This document shows, piece after piece, positions 6,601-17,315 of a stretch of 64,000 bases of DNA. The number at the start of each line of letters is the position of its first letter. Position 1 is the stretch's first letter. Made by a program: the position numbers and the translations under genes. Under the pieces are notes generated by a model that was not told the origin of the DNA, did no database searches, and saw only the letters and a program-made list of their open reading frames with translations. The DNA is from an uncultured cyanobacterium (GTDB lineage Bacteria; Cyanobacteriota; Cyanobacteriia; Leptolyngbyales; Leptolyngbyaceae). Where the stretch lies: the NCBI GenBank assembly GCA_963766075.1, contig CAVYAN010000031.1, positions 37,048-101,047 of the forward strand, written 5' to 3'.

Positions 6601-9600
6601 ATGTTAGATGCTCCTACATCCATTGACCCCTTGGATATTGACCAACCGCGCCAACAGGTTGTGGATGCCTATCAGGCACTATCTTCCCTAGAGCAATGGA
6701 TTGTCCAGCTCTATTCGGTAATTTACGAGCCCATCAGTCGCGCTTCAATGGTGGCTTGTTTGAATCATGCAGGCATCCATGATCAAGCCGGTAAACCGTT
6801 TACCCAGCAGACGTTTAAGCCGGTGTGCGATCGCCTAGTCAAGCTGGACGTCGTGCTGCAAAGCGGGGGCCAAGGGGCACAATGCAACTCTCTGCTGGTA
6901 GAAATCGCCACCCGCGATGCGGTGCAGCTCAAACGGTTTGGGCCCTTGGTCACCGTTGTCCATGCCAAGCTGCCCGTGCCGCAGCGCTATCAGGGTGGGC
7001 CGCGCTATTTCACCAATGATTTTCAACTGATTCGGGAAATGCGGATTGGGATTTATCGCCATGATCCCAAATATGTTTTCCGGCAAATTGAAGAATATGG
7101 GCAATCCAATTATTTAAGTGACAAGCTTTCGATCTCGGAAGTTTTTCATTTGGTTTGCAATAATCCCTTTGATGCGGCTTGGGTGCGGACGTTGCCCCTG
7201 GAGTTGTACACCTTGGCTTTTTCGAGTATTCTGGACGACTCGATGCTGTACTTGGTGCCCGCGTCCTCCGTCTTGACGACGCTGGTGGAAGACTGTGCCA
7301 CTGCTGAAAAAGCCACGGATATGCAACAAATTTTGCTAGTGGAGCAATTAATGATGCGGGGCAAGTTGCCTGAGGCGCAGCAGGCTTTGCAGCGGGTTTC
7401 GGATCTCAGCCACACTCAGGTCGGGCCTTTGATGGGCGCGATCGCCTTTTTTCAGGGCCGGGATGAAGAGGCGATCGCCCAGTACACCAGTGCTCTGCAA
7501 GTGCTGAGAAAGTCATCGGGGAAACGCAAGGTCTATTTTCAGTCGATTGCGGGCCTGTTTTTTGTGTTGGCCTTGATTGGCCGCGGTGCTGGAAACGCCC
7601 CAGATGCGAAGCGGCTGACGGAAGCGGTGGAATATGCCAGCATCATGCGGCAGTCGCGGCATTGGCTGAGTTCGCTCTACAGTCTGCTGGAGTCTCTGGC
7701 CAAGTTCTACCAAGGCGATCTAACTCAGAAAAATTACATCGTGGGCGGGGCGATCCATGGCAGTCAGCAAAGCTTAGAGGTGCTGCTGCGGGCGCTGTGT
7801 TTCTACTGGGTGGATGCCGAGCATGCCAAAAAAGCCCTGCCCAAAATGCTGGAAGCCTACAGTCAGCAGGCGACGGTAGCGGGCTATGACTGGTTAGCGA
7901 TGGCGGCGGCGGCGCTGTTGGCGCGGCTCAAGCCCCGCAGTCCCCTGGGAGAGCAGGCCGCCACCTGGCACCAGCGGACGGGAATTCGCCCCCTTGTGGA
8001 CTTAGTGCAGCGGCAGGAGTCTTGGGAAGTGTGCTTGACGGCGCTGACCCGCATGAATAAGGATGTGTCGGCGATCGCTAAAACTCCGAATAGCCAGCGA
8101 TTGGCGTGGTTTTTGACCTTCTATTCCACCCACAATTATCTGATTGAACCCCGGGAACAAAAAATTAGTGCCCAGGGTACCTGGAGCAAGGGCCGCCCCA
8201 TTGCCCTGAAGCGGCTCAAAAAGCCGGGAGATTTTGATTACTTAACGCCCCAGGATTTGCGGGTGTGTGCTGAGTTAGAGCAGGAGCCGAACTATGGCTA
8301 TTACGGCAGTTCTAACGCCTACAGCTTTGGGGACAAGGCGATCGTGGCCCTGATTGGTCATCCCCTGGTGTTTTGGGAAAACGCCCCCACCACGCGCGTG
8401 GATATTGTGAAGGGCGAGCCGGAACTGCTGGTCAAAAAAAGTAAGGAGAATACCCTAACTCTCCAATTTGTGCCGGATTTGAAAGACAATCAAGCCATTC
8501 TGGTGGTGAAGGAAAGTCCCACCCGCTTGAAGGTGCTGGAAATTACCCTGGAACACCGCCGCATTGCCGAGATTCTGGGTAAGCAGAATCGCTTGGAGGT
8601 GCCCACGGTGGCGAAAGACCGCGTGCTGGCGGCGATTAATGCCATTTCCAGCATTGTGACGGTCCATTCCGACATCGGTGGCGGTGGAGCGAATGCCGAA
8701 GAGGTGCCTGCCGATTCAAAGCCCCATGTGCATTTGCTTCCCGCGGGCACGGGGCTGAAGGTGGCGGTCCTGGCCCGTCCCTTTGTCCAGGATGGTCCCT
8801 ACTATGCTCCGGGTGCAGGCGGAGAAACGGTGATTGCCGAAATTGGCGGCAAGCGGCTGCAAACCACGCGCAATCTCAAGGAGGAAAAACAGTTGGCCAA
8901 GGCGGCGATCGCGGCCTGTCCCACGCTGGCTGACTATGAATCCCCCGATGGAGAATGGCTGATAGAAGATCCGGAAGGCTGTCTGGAGTTATTAACGGAA
9001 CTGCAAGCCTTGGAGGACAGCATCGTTCTGGAATGGCCAGAAGGCGAAAAGATGCGGATTAGCCATCGGGCCGGTCTCCAAAATTTTAGTATGCGAATTC
9101 AACGCCAAAATGATTGGTTTGAAACCAGCGGCCAAATTCAACTGGATGACGATGTCGTCCTCGATATGCAACGCCTTATGGAGCTGATGGGAGAAACCTC
9201 CAGTCGGTTTGTGCCCTTGGGCGACGGGCAGTTTCTCGCGCTAACGGAGGAGTTTCGCAAACGGTTGGATGAGCTGCGGGCCTTCTCGGAAAAATCGGGT
9301 AAAGGTCGGCGCGTTAATCCCCTAGCGGCCTTGGCATTGGAAGATTGGATCGATGAAGTGGGCGAGTTGAAAGCAGATAAGCACTGGAAAGCCCATCTGC
9401 AACGCCTCAAAGAAGCCCAGACTTTAGAACCTCAGTTGCCCTCTACCTTGCAAGCCGAATTACGGGACTATCAAGTTGATGGGTTTAATTGGCTGGCTCG
9501 CTTGGCGCACTGGGGGGTGGGGGCTTGTCTGGCGGACGATATGGGCCTGGGCAAAACATTGCAGGCGTTGGCCTTGATTTTGACCCGTGCCCCCCAGGGG

Positions 9601-10836
9601 CCAACGTTGATTATTGCGCCGACTTCGGTGGGTATGAATTGGGTGAGTGAGGCTCAGCGCTTTGCACCGACGTTGAATCCGATCCAATTCAGCACGAGTA
9701 ATCGCCAACAGTTGTTAGATGGTTTGCGACCCTTTGACCTGTTGGTTTGTAGCTATGGACTGTTGCAGCAGGAAGAAGTGGCGGAGATGCTGGCCCAGGT
9801 GAGATGGCAAACCATTGTGCTAGATGAGGCGCAATCGATTAAAAACTTTGCAACGAAGCGATCGCAAGCTGCCATGAATCTGCAAGGGGACTTCAAAATC
9901 CTTACCACGGGCACCCCGATTGAGAATCATCTGGGAGAACTCTGGAATTTATTTCGCTTTATCAATCCCGGCTTGCTCAGTTCCCTGGAAAATTTCAACC
10001 AGAATTTTGCTACTCCCATTGAAAAGTATGGGGATACCGCTGCCCGGAATCAGTTGAAGAAGTTAATTCAACCTTTTATCCTGCGCCGTACCAAGAACCA
10101 AGTGCTGGCAGAATTGCCCTCACGCACCGAAATCCTGCTGCAAGTTGAACTCAGCTCTGAGGAAATGGCCTTTTACGAAGCCCTGCGACGGGAAGCGATG
10201 GCTAAACTGGCCGATTCCGATGTGGCAGGCGGAGCCAAGCATTTGCAGGTATTGGCCGAGATTATGCGCCTGCGGCGGGCCTGTTGCAATCCCAAACTGG
10301 TGAAGCCAGAACTAGCACTGCCCAGTGCCAAGCTGCATTTGTTTGGTGAAGTGTTGATGGAGTTGCTGGCCAACCGCCACAAGGCGCTCGTGTTTAGCCA
10401 GTTTGTTGATCATTTGCAGATTTTGCGGGAGTATTTGGATCAGCAGAAGATTGCCTATCAATACCTGGATGGCAGCACGCCAGCCCCCCAGCGGAAGAAG
10501 CGGGTAGAGGCGTTTCAGGCCGGGGAGGGCGATGTGTTTTTAATTAGCCTGAAGGCGGGCGGCACTGGATTGAATTTGACGGCGGCGGATTATGTGATTC
10601 ACATGGATCCCTGGTGGAATCCGGCGGTGGAGGATCAGGCCAGCGATCGCGCCCACCGCATGGGCCAGAAGCGCCCTGTAACGATCTATCGCCTAGTCGC
10701 TAAGAACACTATTGAGGAAAAGATCGTCGAGTTGCACCGCCATAAGCGCGACCTCGCCGACAGCTTGCTGGAAGGGGCAGAAATGAGTGGCAAGATTTCC
10801 ACCGATGACCTGTTGCGGTTAATTCAGGATGTGTAG
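6601..10836 (+). CDS. SNF2-family helicase/ATPase (1411 aa)
   Basis: LRDYQ, LADDMGLGKT, DEAQ, TGTPIEN, SLKAGGTGLNL and QASDRAHRMGQ motifs. Confidence 0.93.
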   Translation: MLDAPTSIDPLDIDQPRQQVVDAYQALSSLEQWIVQLYSVIYEPISRASMVACLNHAGIHDQAGKPFTQQTFKPVCDRLVKLDVVLQSGGQGAQCNSLLVEIATRDAVQLKRFGPLVTVVHAKLPVPQRYQGGPRYFTNDFQLIREMRIGIYRHDPKYVFRQIEEYGQSNYLSDKLSISEVFHLVCNNPFDAAWVRTLPLELYTLAFSSILDDSMLYLVPASSVLTTLVEDCATAEKATDMQQILLVEQLMMRGKLPEAQQALQRVSDLSHTQVGPLMGAIAFFQGRDEEAIAQYTSALQVLRKSSGKRKVYFQSIAGLFFVLALIGRGAGNAPDAKRLTEAVEYASIMRQSRHWLSSLYSLLESLAKFYQGDLTQKNYIVGGAIHGSQQSLEVLLRALCFYWVDAEHAKKALPKMLEAYSQQATVAGYDWLAMAAAALLARLKPRSPLGEQAATWHQRTGIRPLVDLVQRQESWEVCLTALTRMNKDVSAIAKTPNSQRLAWFLTFYSTHNYLIEPREQKISAQGTWSKGRPIALKRLKKPGDFDYLTPQDLRVCAELEQEPNYGYYGSSNAYSFGDKAIVALIGHPLVFWENAPTTRVDIVKGEPELLVKKSKENTLTLQFVPDLKDNQAILVVKESPTRLKVLEITLEHRRIAEILGKQNRLEVPTVAKDRVLAAINAISSIVTVHSDIGGGGANAEEVPADSKPHVHLLPAGTGLKVAVLARPFVQDGPYYAPGAGGETVIAEIGGKRLQTTRNLKEEKQLAKAAIAACPTLADYESPDGEWLIEDPEGCLELLTELQALEDSIVLEWPEGEKMRISHRAGLQNFSMRIQRQNDWFETSGQIQLDDDVVLDMQRLMELMGETSSRFVPLGDGQFLALTEEFRKRLDELRAFSEKSGKGRRVNPLAALALEDWIDEVGELKADKHWKAHLQRLKEAQTLEPQLPSTLQAELRDYQVDGFNWLARLAHWGVGACLADDMGLGKTLQALALILTRAPQGPTLIIAPTSVGMNWVSEAQRFAPTLNPIQFSTSNRQQLLDGLRPFDLLVCSYGLLQQEEVAEMLAQVRWQTIVLDEAQSIKNFATKRSQAAMNLQGDFKILTTGTPIENHLGELWNLFRFINPGLLSSLENFNQNFATPIEKYGDTAARNQLKKLIQPFILRRTKNQVLAELPSRTEILLQVELSSEEMAFYEALRREAMAKLADSDVAGGAKHLQVLAEIMRLRRACCNPKLVKPELALPSAKLHLFGEVLMELLANRHKALVFSQFVDHLQILREYLDQQKIAYQYLDGSTPAPQRKKRVEAFQAGEGDVFLISLKAGGTGLNLTAADYVIHMDPWWNPAVEDQASDRAHRMGQKRPVTIYRLVAKNTIEEKIVELHRHKRDLADSLLEGAEMSGKISTDDLLRLIQDV

Positions 10837-10883
10837 GGTTTGCCTCGTCCCAAGTTCTTGTCTCCGTTTCAGGGTTTGCCATC

Positions 10884-11906
10884 ATGTTAGACGCCTTGCC
10901 TCCGCCCTCTCGGCAGGACATTCCTGTAGCCTGGGAGCTTTTAGCCGGAGTCCGGTTTGTCCTCGCTCTCATTGTGGCCTGTGACCATTTAAGTGATTTC
11001 GTCCCCAGTACCGACGTTCTGCTAGTTGTTAAAGCATGCATTGGGGGTTTCCCCGCCGTGATGGGCTTTTTACTGCTTTCTGGCTTTGCCATGGCCCATT
11101 CCATTACCCGCAATCCCAAAGGCTTTTACCAGCGCCGCCTACTGCGGATTTATCCCCTCTATTTAGTAGCGATCGGGGTGTCATTGCTGCCGTTTTTATG
11201 GGCAGGATCGGTGATTCCGTCTCCCGTCACTAACCAAGTCTGGCTCCAGCCCACGGCATCCAATCTGTTAGGGAATGCCCTATTTTTGCAAACGTTTCTG
11301 GTTTTACAACTCACGTCTAACGGGATTACTTGGACGTTAGGGATCGAGGCATTTTGCTATGCCATCACGCCATTTTTGGTGAAATTATCCCATCGCACGC
11401 TGCTGTTGCTGCTGGGACTTTCTGCGCTGCTGTTTGCGGCACAGCCCCTAGTATCACTTCCTTACACCGCGATTTCAAGCATGCGACACGGTATCCCCCT
11501 ACTCTTTCTTGCTTGGGTTTGGCTCTTGGGGTTTATTTATTTTCTGCAAGCCAAGGCGCTCTTTGCGCCGCCCTTGGTCATTGGCTTGGGGTGCTTGCTG
11601 CTGAGTTTGAATAATCTGGTCTACGATCACCGGAAACTTTCGTTGCTGGTTTATGTGCTGACGGCCTTGGCGTTGATCTACGGAACTGCCGTCCCCTTGC
11701 CGCGGTGGTTAGCACGGCTGTGCCAGTATTTGGGCAATCTATCCTACCCACTCTACCTGTTTCATTTTCCAGCATTTTTATTGGCGTATCTGGGGCTGGG
11801 AACCCAAAATTCCGGGGTGCTGCTGGGGGCCGCCCTGATGGTTTCTGCGGGCTTTTATCACGCCGTGGATGTGCCCGTACAACGGTATTTCCGCAGCAGG
11901 CGCTAA
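10884..11906 (+). CDS. Acyltransferase-3 (OafA-like) membrane protein
   Basis: Multiple TM segments; FLLLSGF, RRLLRIYP, WTLGIE and SYPLYLFH motifs. Confidence 0.85.
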   Translation: MLDALPPPSRQDIPVAWELLAGVRFVLALIVACDHLSDFVPSTDVLLVVKACIGGFPAVMGFLLLSGFAMAHSITRNPKGFYQRRLLRIYPLYLVAIGVSLLPFLWAGSVIPSPVTNQVWLQPTASNLLGNALFLQTFLVLQLTSNGITWTLGIEAFCYAITPFLVKLSHRTLLLLLGLSALLFAAQPLVSLPYTAISSMRHGIPLLFLAWVWLLGFIYFLQAKALFAPPLVIGLGCLLLSLNNLVYDHRKLSLLVYVLTALALIYGTAVPLPRWLARLCQYLGNLSYPLYLFHFPAFLLAYLGLGTQNSGVLLGAALMVSAGFYHAVDVPVQRYFRSRR

Positions 11907-12069
11907 GCGGTTGTCCGGAGGCTTGATGAGGCATCCTGTCTGGAGGATTAGTGCGTAATACCGCCTAAGTTTAGACTATCATCACATCGGGGCGGGACTT
12001 TACAACCGCCGATCCCACCGACTCCGTTTTCCCGTCCCAAAAGCGTCATTATCTTTGCCTGAATTTCCT

Positions 12070-12441
12070 ATGGACTCTGCCACTGAATTTCTCACTCGAG
12101 ATGAATGCGCCGCTGTTGATCAGGCATTGCTGACGGCGCGGGAAAAATTTTCGGCGCGAGTGGCGATTTATGCGCTGCGATCGCTCAAACAAATCGCCCT
12201 TCAGGAAAATATCTCCGTCGATGGTCTGCAAACCTATCAAATCGTGGAATGGATCAATCAGGATGCCAGTTTGCAGCAAGGCCCGGACGATGAATTCAAG
12301 CGCTTCTTTGCCCAATTGGTCAACTCTTCCCGCATGCCGCTCAATCACGTTGCCCAGGAAGCCCAAGCTCGGGTTGAAGACCTGACTGTGGCCCAGGTGA
12401 TCGCGTGGTTTGAGCAGAAGTCAAAGCAGAAATTTTCTTAG
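12070..12441 (+). CDS. Hypothetical protein
   Basis: Clean ORF between co-oriented genes; no motif recognised. Confidence 0.65.
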   Translation: MDSATEFLTRDECAAVDQALLTAREKFSARVAIYALRSLKQIALQENISVDGLQTYQIVEWINQDASLQQGPDDEFKRFFAQLVNSSRMPLNHVAQEAQARVEDLTVAQVIAWFEQKSKQKFS

Positions 12442-12488
12442 CCAGAATTTTTTGACCCAGAATTTTTTGACCCAGGAGCATCTCCGTT

Positions 12489-14342
12489 GTGACTCAGCGT
12501 CGGATTTTGCCGCAGTGGCAGGCATTCCCATGGACACCCCAGTTCCATTCACACGTCAAGCCTCTAATTAAAATTGTGCTGATCGGCTGGTTTGGGTTAC
12601 TGCTGGCCGTCGTCCTGCTGTGGCGGGTTGGTAGCATTGGCCTTATCGATGAAACCGAACCGCTGTTTGTGGAAGCGGCCCGTCAGATGGCGATCACGGG
12701 GGATTGGGTGACACCTTTTTTCAATTTAGAGCCCCGGTTCGACAAGCCCCCGTTGATCTATTGGCTGATGGTGCTGGCCTTTAAGCTGTTTGGCGTCAGT
12801 GAATGGGCGGCGCGATCGCCCTCTATCCTGGCTGCGATCGTGATCACGGGTGGGGTGTTTTATACCGTCTATCAGACTCAGAAAGCCCAATCGCCTCGCT
12901 TTTCTCCACCCCTCGCCGCCACGGCCAACCCAAGTCCGTCCGTTGCCGAGGCGGCTCTCGGAGGGGCCTCTCGTCCCTGGTTTCCCATGGCCTTGCTCCC
13001 CGCCGGACTGGCCGCCACCCTCCTCCTGGTCAATCCCAACACCTTCTTTTGGGGACGCACCGGCTATTCAGATATGCTGCTCAATGCCTGCATTGGGGCC
13101 GCGATGTTGGCGTTTTTCCAGGGCTATCGGGCATTAGAACAGCGGCAACAAGGGCGGTGGTATTTGGCTTTCTACGGATGTGTCGCCTTAGCAGTGCTCA
13201 CCAAAGGGCCAATTGGTATCGTGCTGCCGGGATTGGGCATTGGCTTATTTGGGCTGTACTTGGGCAATGGCTGGGCATTGCTGCGGGAATTGCGCCTTTG
13301 GAAGGGATTGGCCTTGGTTTTGGGTATTGCCCTCCCCTGGTACATTGGTATGACCCTGATCCATGGGGAAGCCTTTATTAACTCGTTTTTCGGCTATCAC
13401 AATGCCGAACGGTTTACGCGGGCAGTGAATGCCCATGCTGGCCCCTGGTATTTTCATGCGGTGGTGATTTTGGTGGGGGGGTTGCCTTGGTCGGTGTATT
13501 TGCCAGCGGCGATCGCCCGCCTGAAACCACTGCACCGAGATTATTGGCGGACTCAGCCACAATCGCAGCAGTTGGGCCTATTCGCCCTTTGCTGGTTTGT
13601 CAGCATTTTGGGATTCTTTACCGTTGCCACAACCAAGTACTTTAGTTACACCTTACCGTTGATGCCAGCCGCAGCAATTCTAGTCGCACTGCTCTGGTCG
13701 GACTATGTGACTCAACCCGAACTGCGTCAAGGGCTAGGTTTTCGCCTCAGTGGCGGCGTCAGTGCTGTCCTCTTTGGCGCGCTAGCGGTGGCCTTGGCGT
13801 ATTGTCCTGCGTGGCTCAACCATGATCCCTGGATGCCCCATTTGGGCGATCGCCTACAGGCGTCGGGATTGCCCCTGCTGGGTGCAGCCCTTTGGGCGAT
13901 CATGTCCATCATCCTCGCCGTTTTGGTGTGGCGGCAGGATCGCCGATTTTGGATTGGGGCGATTAGCGGCTTTTTGGCCTTCTTGCTGCTGGTGATTCAT
14001 CCAGCCCTTAGCATTGCCGATGCCGAACGCCAACTCCCCCTGCGCCAACTGGCCCAAACAGCCCTACAGGTGGAACGTCCGGGGGAAGATCTGATCATGG
14101 TGGGCTTCAAAAAGCCCAGTTTGGTCTTTTACACCGGCCAACCGGTGATCTACCTTCGATCCCCTGAGGCGATCGCCTCCCGGCTTCAGACCTTGGCCGC
14201 AGCGGGCAAATCAACCGCCTTGCTGATTGCAGCCCGCAAGCCACTCCATCAAACCCATTTGTCCCCCAGTCGCTATCAAGAACTCGGACAATTTGGTGTC
14301 TACAAACTCCTGCGCGTCTCCACCCAGGAAACCGCGCTTTAG
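12489..14342 (+). CDS. ArnT/PMT-like membrane glycosyltransferase
   Basis: DETEPLF, RFDKPPLIYW and LTKGP motifs; many TM helices. Confidence 0.88.
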   Translation: MTQRRILPQWQAFPWTPQFHSHVKPLIKIVLIGWFGLLLAVVLLWRVGSIGLIDETEPLFVEAARQMAITGDWVTPFFNLEPRFDKPPLIYWLMVLAFKLFGVSEWAARSPSILAAIVITGGVFYTVYQTQKAQSPRFSPPLAATANPSPSVAEAALGGASRPWFPMALLPAGLAATLLLVNPNTFFWGRTGYSDMLLNACIGAAMLAFFQGYRALEQRQQGRWYLAFYGCVALAVLTKGPIGIVLPGLGIGLFGLYLGNGWALLRELRLWKGLALVLGIALPWYIGMTLIHGEAFINSFFGYHNAERFTRAVNAHAGPWYFHAVVILVGGLPWSVYLPAAIARLKPLHRDYWRTQPQSQQLGLFALCWFVSILGFFTVATTKYFSYTLPLMPAAAILVALLWSDYVTQPELRQGLGFRLSGGVSAVLFGALAVALAYCPAWLNHDPWMPHLGDRLQASGLPLLGAALWAIMSIILAVLVWRQDRRFWIGAISGFLAFLLLVIHPALSIADAERQLPLRQLAQTALQVERPGEDLIMVGFKKPSLVFYTGQPVIYLRSPEAIASRLQTLAAAGKSTALLIAARKPLHQTHLSPSRYQELGQFGVYKLLRVSTQETAL

Positions 14343-14421
14343 CGTTGGGATAGCGATTGCACGACACTAATCGCACGACACTAATCGCACGACAATGCTA
14401 GAGGATTTTGGCAGGACTGAC

Positions 14422-14889
14422 TCAGGTTGTGCAATCAGGTTGTGCCAGTTGTTGGATCCGAGTGGCAATAGGCGCGGGGACGGGCATCACCGAGAGCCGA
14501 TTGCCTTGGCGGACGACCAGGAGTTCCTCAGGGGTGAAGTGGGTTCGCAGGGTATCTAGGGTAATCAGGTGGGCAAAGGTGTCTAGGTATTCAATTTTGA
14601 CGGTGATCCAGCGGGGATTGTCCTGGGGCGATTTTTCATCGTAGTACTTGCTGGTGGCGTCGAATTGCAGGGGGTCGATGACGTGGGTTTCGATGACCTT
14701 GGCGAGGCCCACAATGCCGGGGGGACTGGTGTTGGAATGGTAATAGAAGCAAATATCGTCGGGCTGCATGGATTTGAGGAAATTGCGAGCCTGATAGTTG
14801 CGGACGCCGTCCCAAATGGTGGTGCGATCGCGTTGCAGGGCCTCAATACTGTAAACATCCGGTTCAGATTTAATTAGCCAGTAATTCAT
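14422..14889 (-). CDS. EVE domain protein
   Basis: YWLIKSEP, WDGVRNYQARN, YYHSN and RLSVMPV motifs. Confidence 0.9.
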   Translation of the reverse strand: MNYWLIKSEPDVYSIEALQRDRTTIWDGVRNYQARNFLKSMQPDDICFYYHSNTSPPGIVGLAKVIETHVIDPLQFDATSKYYDEKSPQDNPRWITVKIEYLDTFAHLITLDTLRTHFTPEELLVVRQGNRLSVMPVPAPIATRIQQLAQPDCTT

Positions 14890-14995
14890 AGAAACGGGTG
14901 AGAGGAAAAGGGTTCTACAGAAAGCGATTGCCAAGCAGAATGATGGCCGAGAGCTCAGAATATTGGCCGAGAGCACCGAGCGCTAACGGTAGAAC

Positions 14996-16018
14996 TCAGT
15001 AGCGAATTCTCGGATCAATGTAGGCGTTGATGATGTCGATCGCAATACTGGTGACGGCGACGATTGCCGCAAAGAAGACAATAATGCCCTGTACTGTAGG
15101 GTAATCCCGTTGGGCGATCGCCCGATACAATCGATTTGCCAAACCGGGCCAGGAAAAGGTGACCTCGGTGAGAATCGCGCCGCCCAGCAGGGCCGCAAAG
15201 GTGAGTCCCAGGATAGTAATCACCGGGATCATGGCGTTTTTCAACGCATGGGACACTAGAATGCGCGACTCGGAAATTCCCCGCGCCCGCGCCGCCTCCA
15301 CATATTCGGACTTCAGAGTTTGCTTAAGATTAACGCGGACAATCCGTTCAAAAATACCGCTAATCAAAATTCCCAAGGTGAGGCAGGGTAGGGCCAAGTA
15401 GTAGAGGGCGGTGAACAGGGTAGCCAGATTGCCGTGGAGCAGACTGTCTAGGGTGTAGAGGCCCGTGGGGCCGTCGGGCGGGGTCAGGGTGACAGGAAAC
15501 CGGGTGCCCAGGGGAAACCAGCCCAGTTGCACCGCAAAAATAAGCTGCAACACCATACCAAACCAGAAGAGCGGCACGGAATAGGTGAGGATGCCAAAAA
15601 TTCGGCCCCCGGCATCGAGCGGACTGTTGGGCCTAGAGGCGGACAGGGTGCCAACGGCAATGCCGACGATCAGGGCGATCGCCATGCTGAACACGGCTAA
15701 TTCCACCGTAGCGGGAAAGAATTTGACAATGATGTCCCACACCAACTTTTTATCGGTCAAAGATTCTCCCAGGTTCCCGGAGGCCAGTTTGCCCATGTAG
15801 CCGAGGTACTGGAAAAACAGGGGTTGGTCTAGTCCCAGTTGCGATCGCAGCGCCTCTTTGGCGGCCTGGGGGGCACGCGGCCCCAGCAGCACGTCCACGG
15901 GATCCCCCGGCGTAGCCCGCAGGAGCAGGAACACTAGGCTGGTAATTAGCCACAGCATCAGCGGGGCCAAGAGAATCCGCGCCAAGATGTAGTAGCGCAA
16001 CGAGCGAGAGCGGGACAT
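14996..16018 (-). CDS. Peptide/nickel ABC transporter permease (DppB-like)
   Basis: PGDPV, EAARARG (EAA loop), HALKNA and RDYPTVQG motifs. Confidence 0.9.
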   Translation of the reverse strand: MSRSRSLRYYILARILLAPLMLWLITSLVFLLLRATPGDPVDVLLGPRAPQAAKEALRSQLGLDQPLFFQYLGYMGKLASGNLGESLTDKKLVWDIIVKFFPATVELAVFSMAIALIVGIAVGTLSASRPNSPLDAGGRIFGILTYSVPLFWFGMVLQLIFAVQLGWFPLGTRFPVTLTPPDGPTGLYTLDSLLHGNLATLFTALYYLALPCLTLGILISGIFERIVRVNLKQTLKSEYVEAARARGISESRILVSHALKNAMIPVITILGLTFAALLGGAILTEVTFSWPGLANRLYRAIAQRDYPTVQGIIVFFAAIVAVTSIAIDIINAYIDPRIRY

Positions 16019-16206
16019 GGGCGACAAAACCACGAAAAGGGATCAATCGCATCATTTTACCGCTGTGGATCCGGGCTGCAACGATGCGGGGAAGATTTTC
16101 CGTGGGGCAGTTTCTCCCGCCGGGACTCTCGCCGGGGCGGGCAGCGTGGAAAAGGCAACGGCCAGGAGACAAGAGCCTTGCGGGCTAATAGACTCCCGCA
16201 ACCGGG

Positions 16207-16312
16207 CTTCGACTTCGCTCAGCCCTCATCGATCAGCCTGTGGATTGAGCGGAGCCGAAATCCGCATTCAGCCCTCATCGATCAGCCTGTGGATTGAGCG
16301 GAGCCGAAATCC
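16207..16312. repeat. REP-like element with a 43-bp direct duplication
   Basis: CTTCGACTTCGCTCAG followed by two copies of AGCCCTCATCGATCAGCCTGTGGATTGAGCGGAGCCGAAATCC (16221-16263, 16270-16312). Confidence 0.75.
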
Positions 16313-16851
16313 ACCGCTGATCGTAGGGGAACTTTATTCTCTGGCAAGTCCCCAATCGATAACCCTATTGCCCTCTGCCGCCCAATCAAAGGCGCAATAT
16401 CCCCACGCATGGTTTGCTGACCTCAGTGCATTAATACTTTCTTAAGTATTGAATGCCTAGAGAAGAATCACCAAATCCAGCCTCTTCAGATCTTATTTTT
16501 AAGGTGTTATTCACGAGATCCGTTAAAACAGGATTTTGTAAATTACGACACTAAATTCCTTGCTCCCTGGCCAAAAGCGATCGCTAGCAATGAACTCTTA
16601 ATGAACCCAGATTGCCAATCCGCCAGGATCCACACATAATGATAAGAGGAGTATATAAATGAGATGTTACAAGAATAACTGTTAAGAATTAGTGTGAAAG
16701 TTAAATTCCCGATCAAATTCTTGAAATCGGTGTTAGATATCCTCATTCATTTTTGATGGTTCGTAAAATCATTTTGTAAAACCTCGATTCTGCGATCGCT
16801 GCGGTTGATCTTCCGGCTCTATCCCCCATTTCAAATCCCTCAATTAAAATT

Positions 16852-17064
16852 ATGCTTACGGCCCTTGATTCTCCTAAAACCCTACTTAAAGACACTGTTT
16901 TAACGGTGTGTTGCCCCAACTGCGGCAGCCCCGCTGAACGCCACCACGTCCATACTCAGAACGTTACCCGGACCCAATGTGCTCGCTGTGATTACCTGAT
17001 GATTACCTGCGCCCAAACCCATCGCGTCATTGAAGCTTACGCGCCGGGACTTTACATCAGATAG
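16852..17064 (+). CDS. Small zinc-ribbon protein
   Basis: CPNCG...CARCDYL...VIEAYAPG; two CxxC pairs. Confidence 0.75.
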   Translation: MLTALDSPKTLLKDTVLTVCCPNCGSPAERHHVHTQNVTRTQCARCDYLMITCAQTHRVIEAYAPGLYIR

Positions 17065-17315
17065 CTGATGGCCTGACAAAGCCTGATCCATAAAACTCCA
17101 AATGGCTAGAAACGTGAGGTTATCGCGCACCCTCAGAAGCCCCTCCCCTAGCCGCTCCCCGTAGTGGAGAGGGGCGCCTAGACAGTCCCCTTACCTTGTA
17201 GGGAGGGGGACTTTGGGGTAAGTCTGAGACCATCTTGGGCAACTACCCAGGGAACAATCGGCGATTCGATTGTGGACAAGACTTTTCCGGTGTTCTTACC
17301 AGCCCCGTTAGCCGA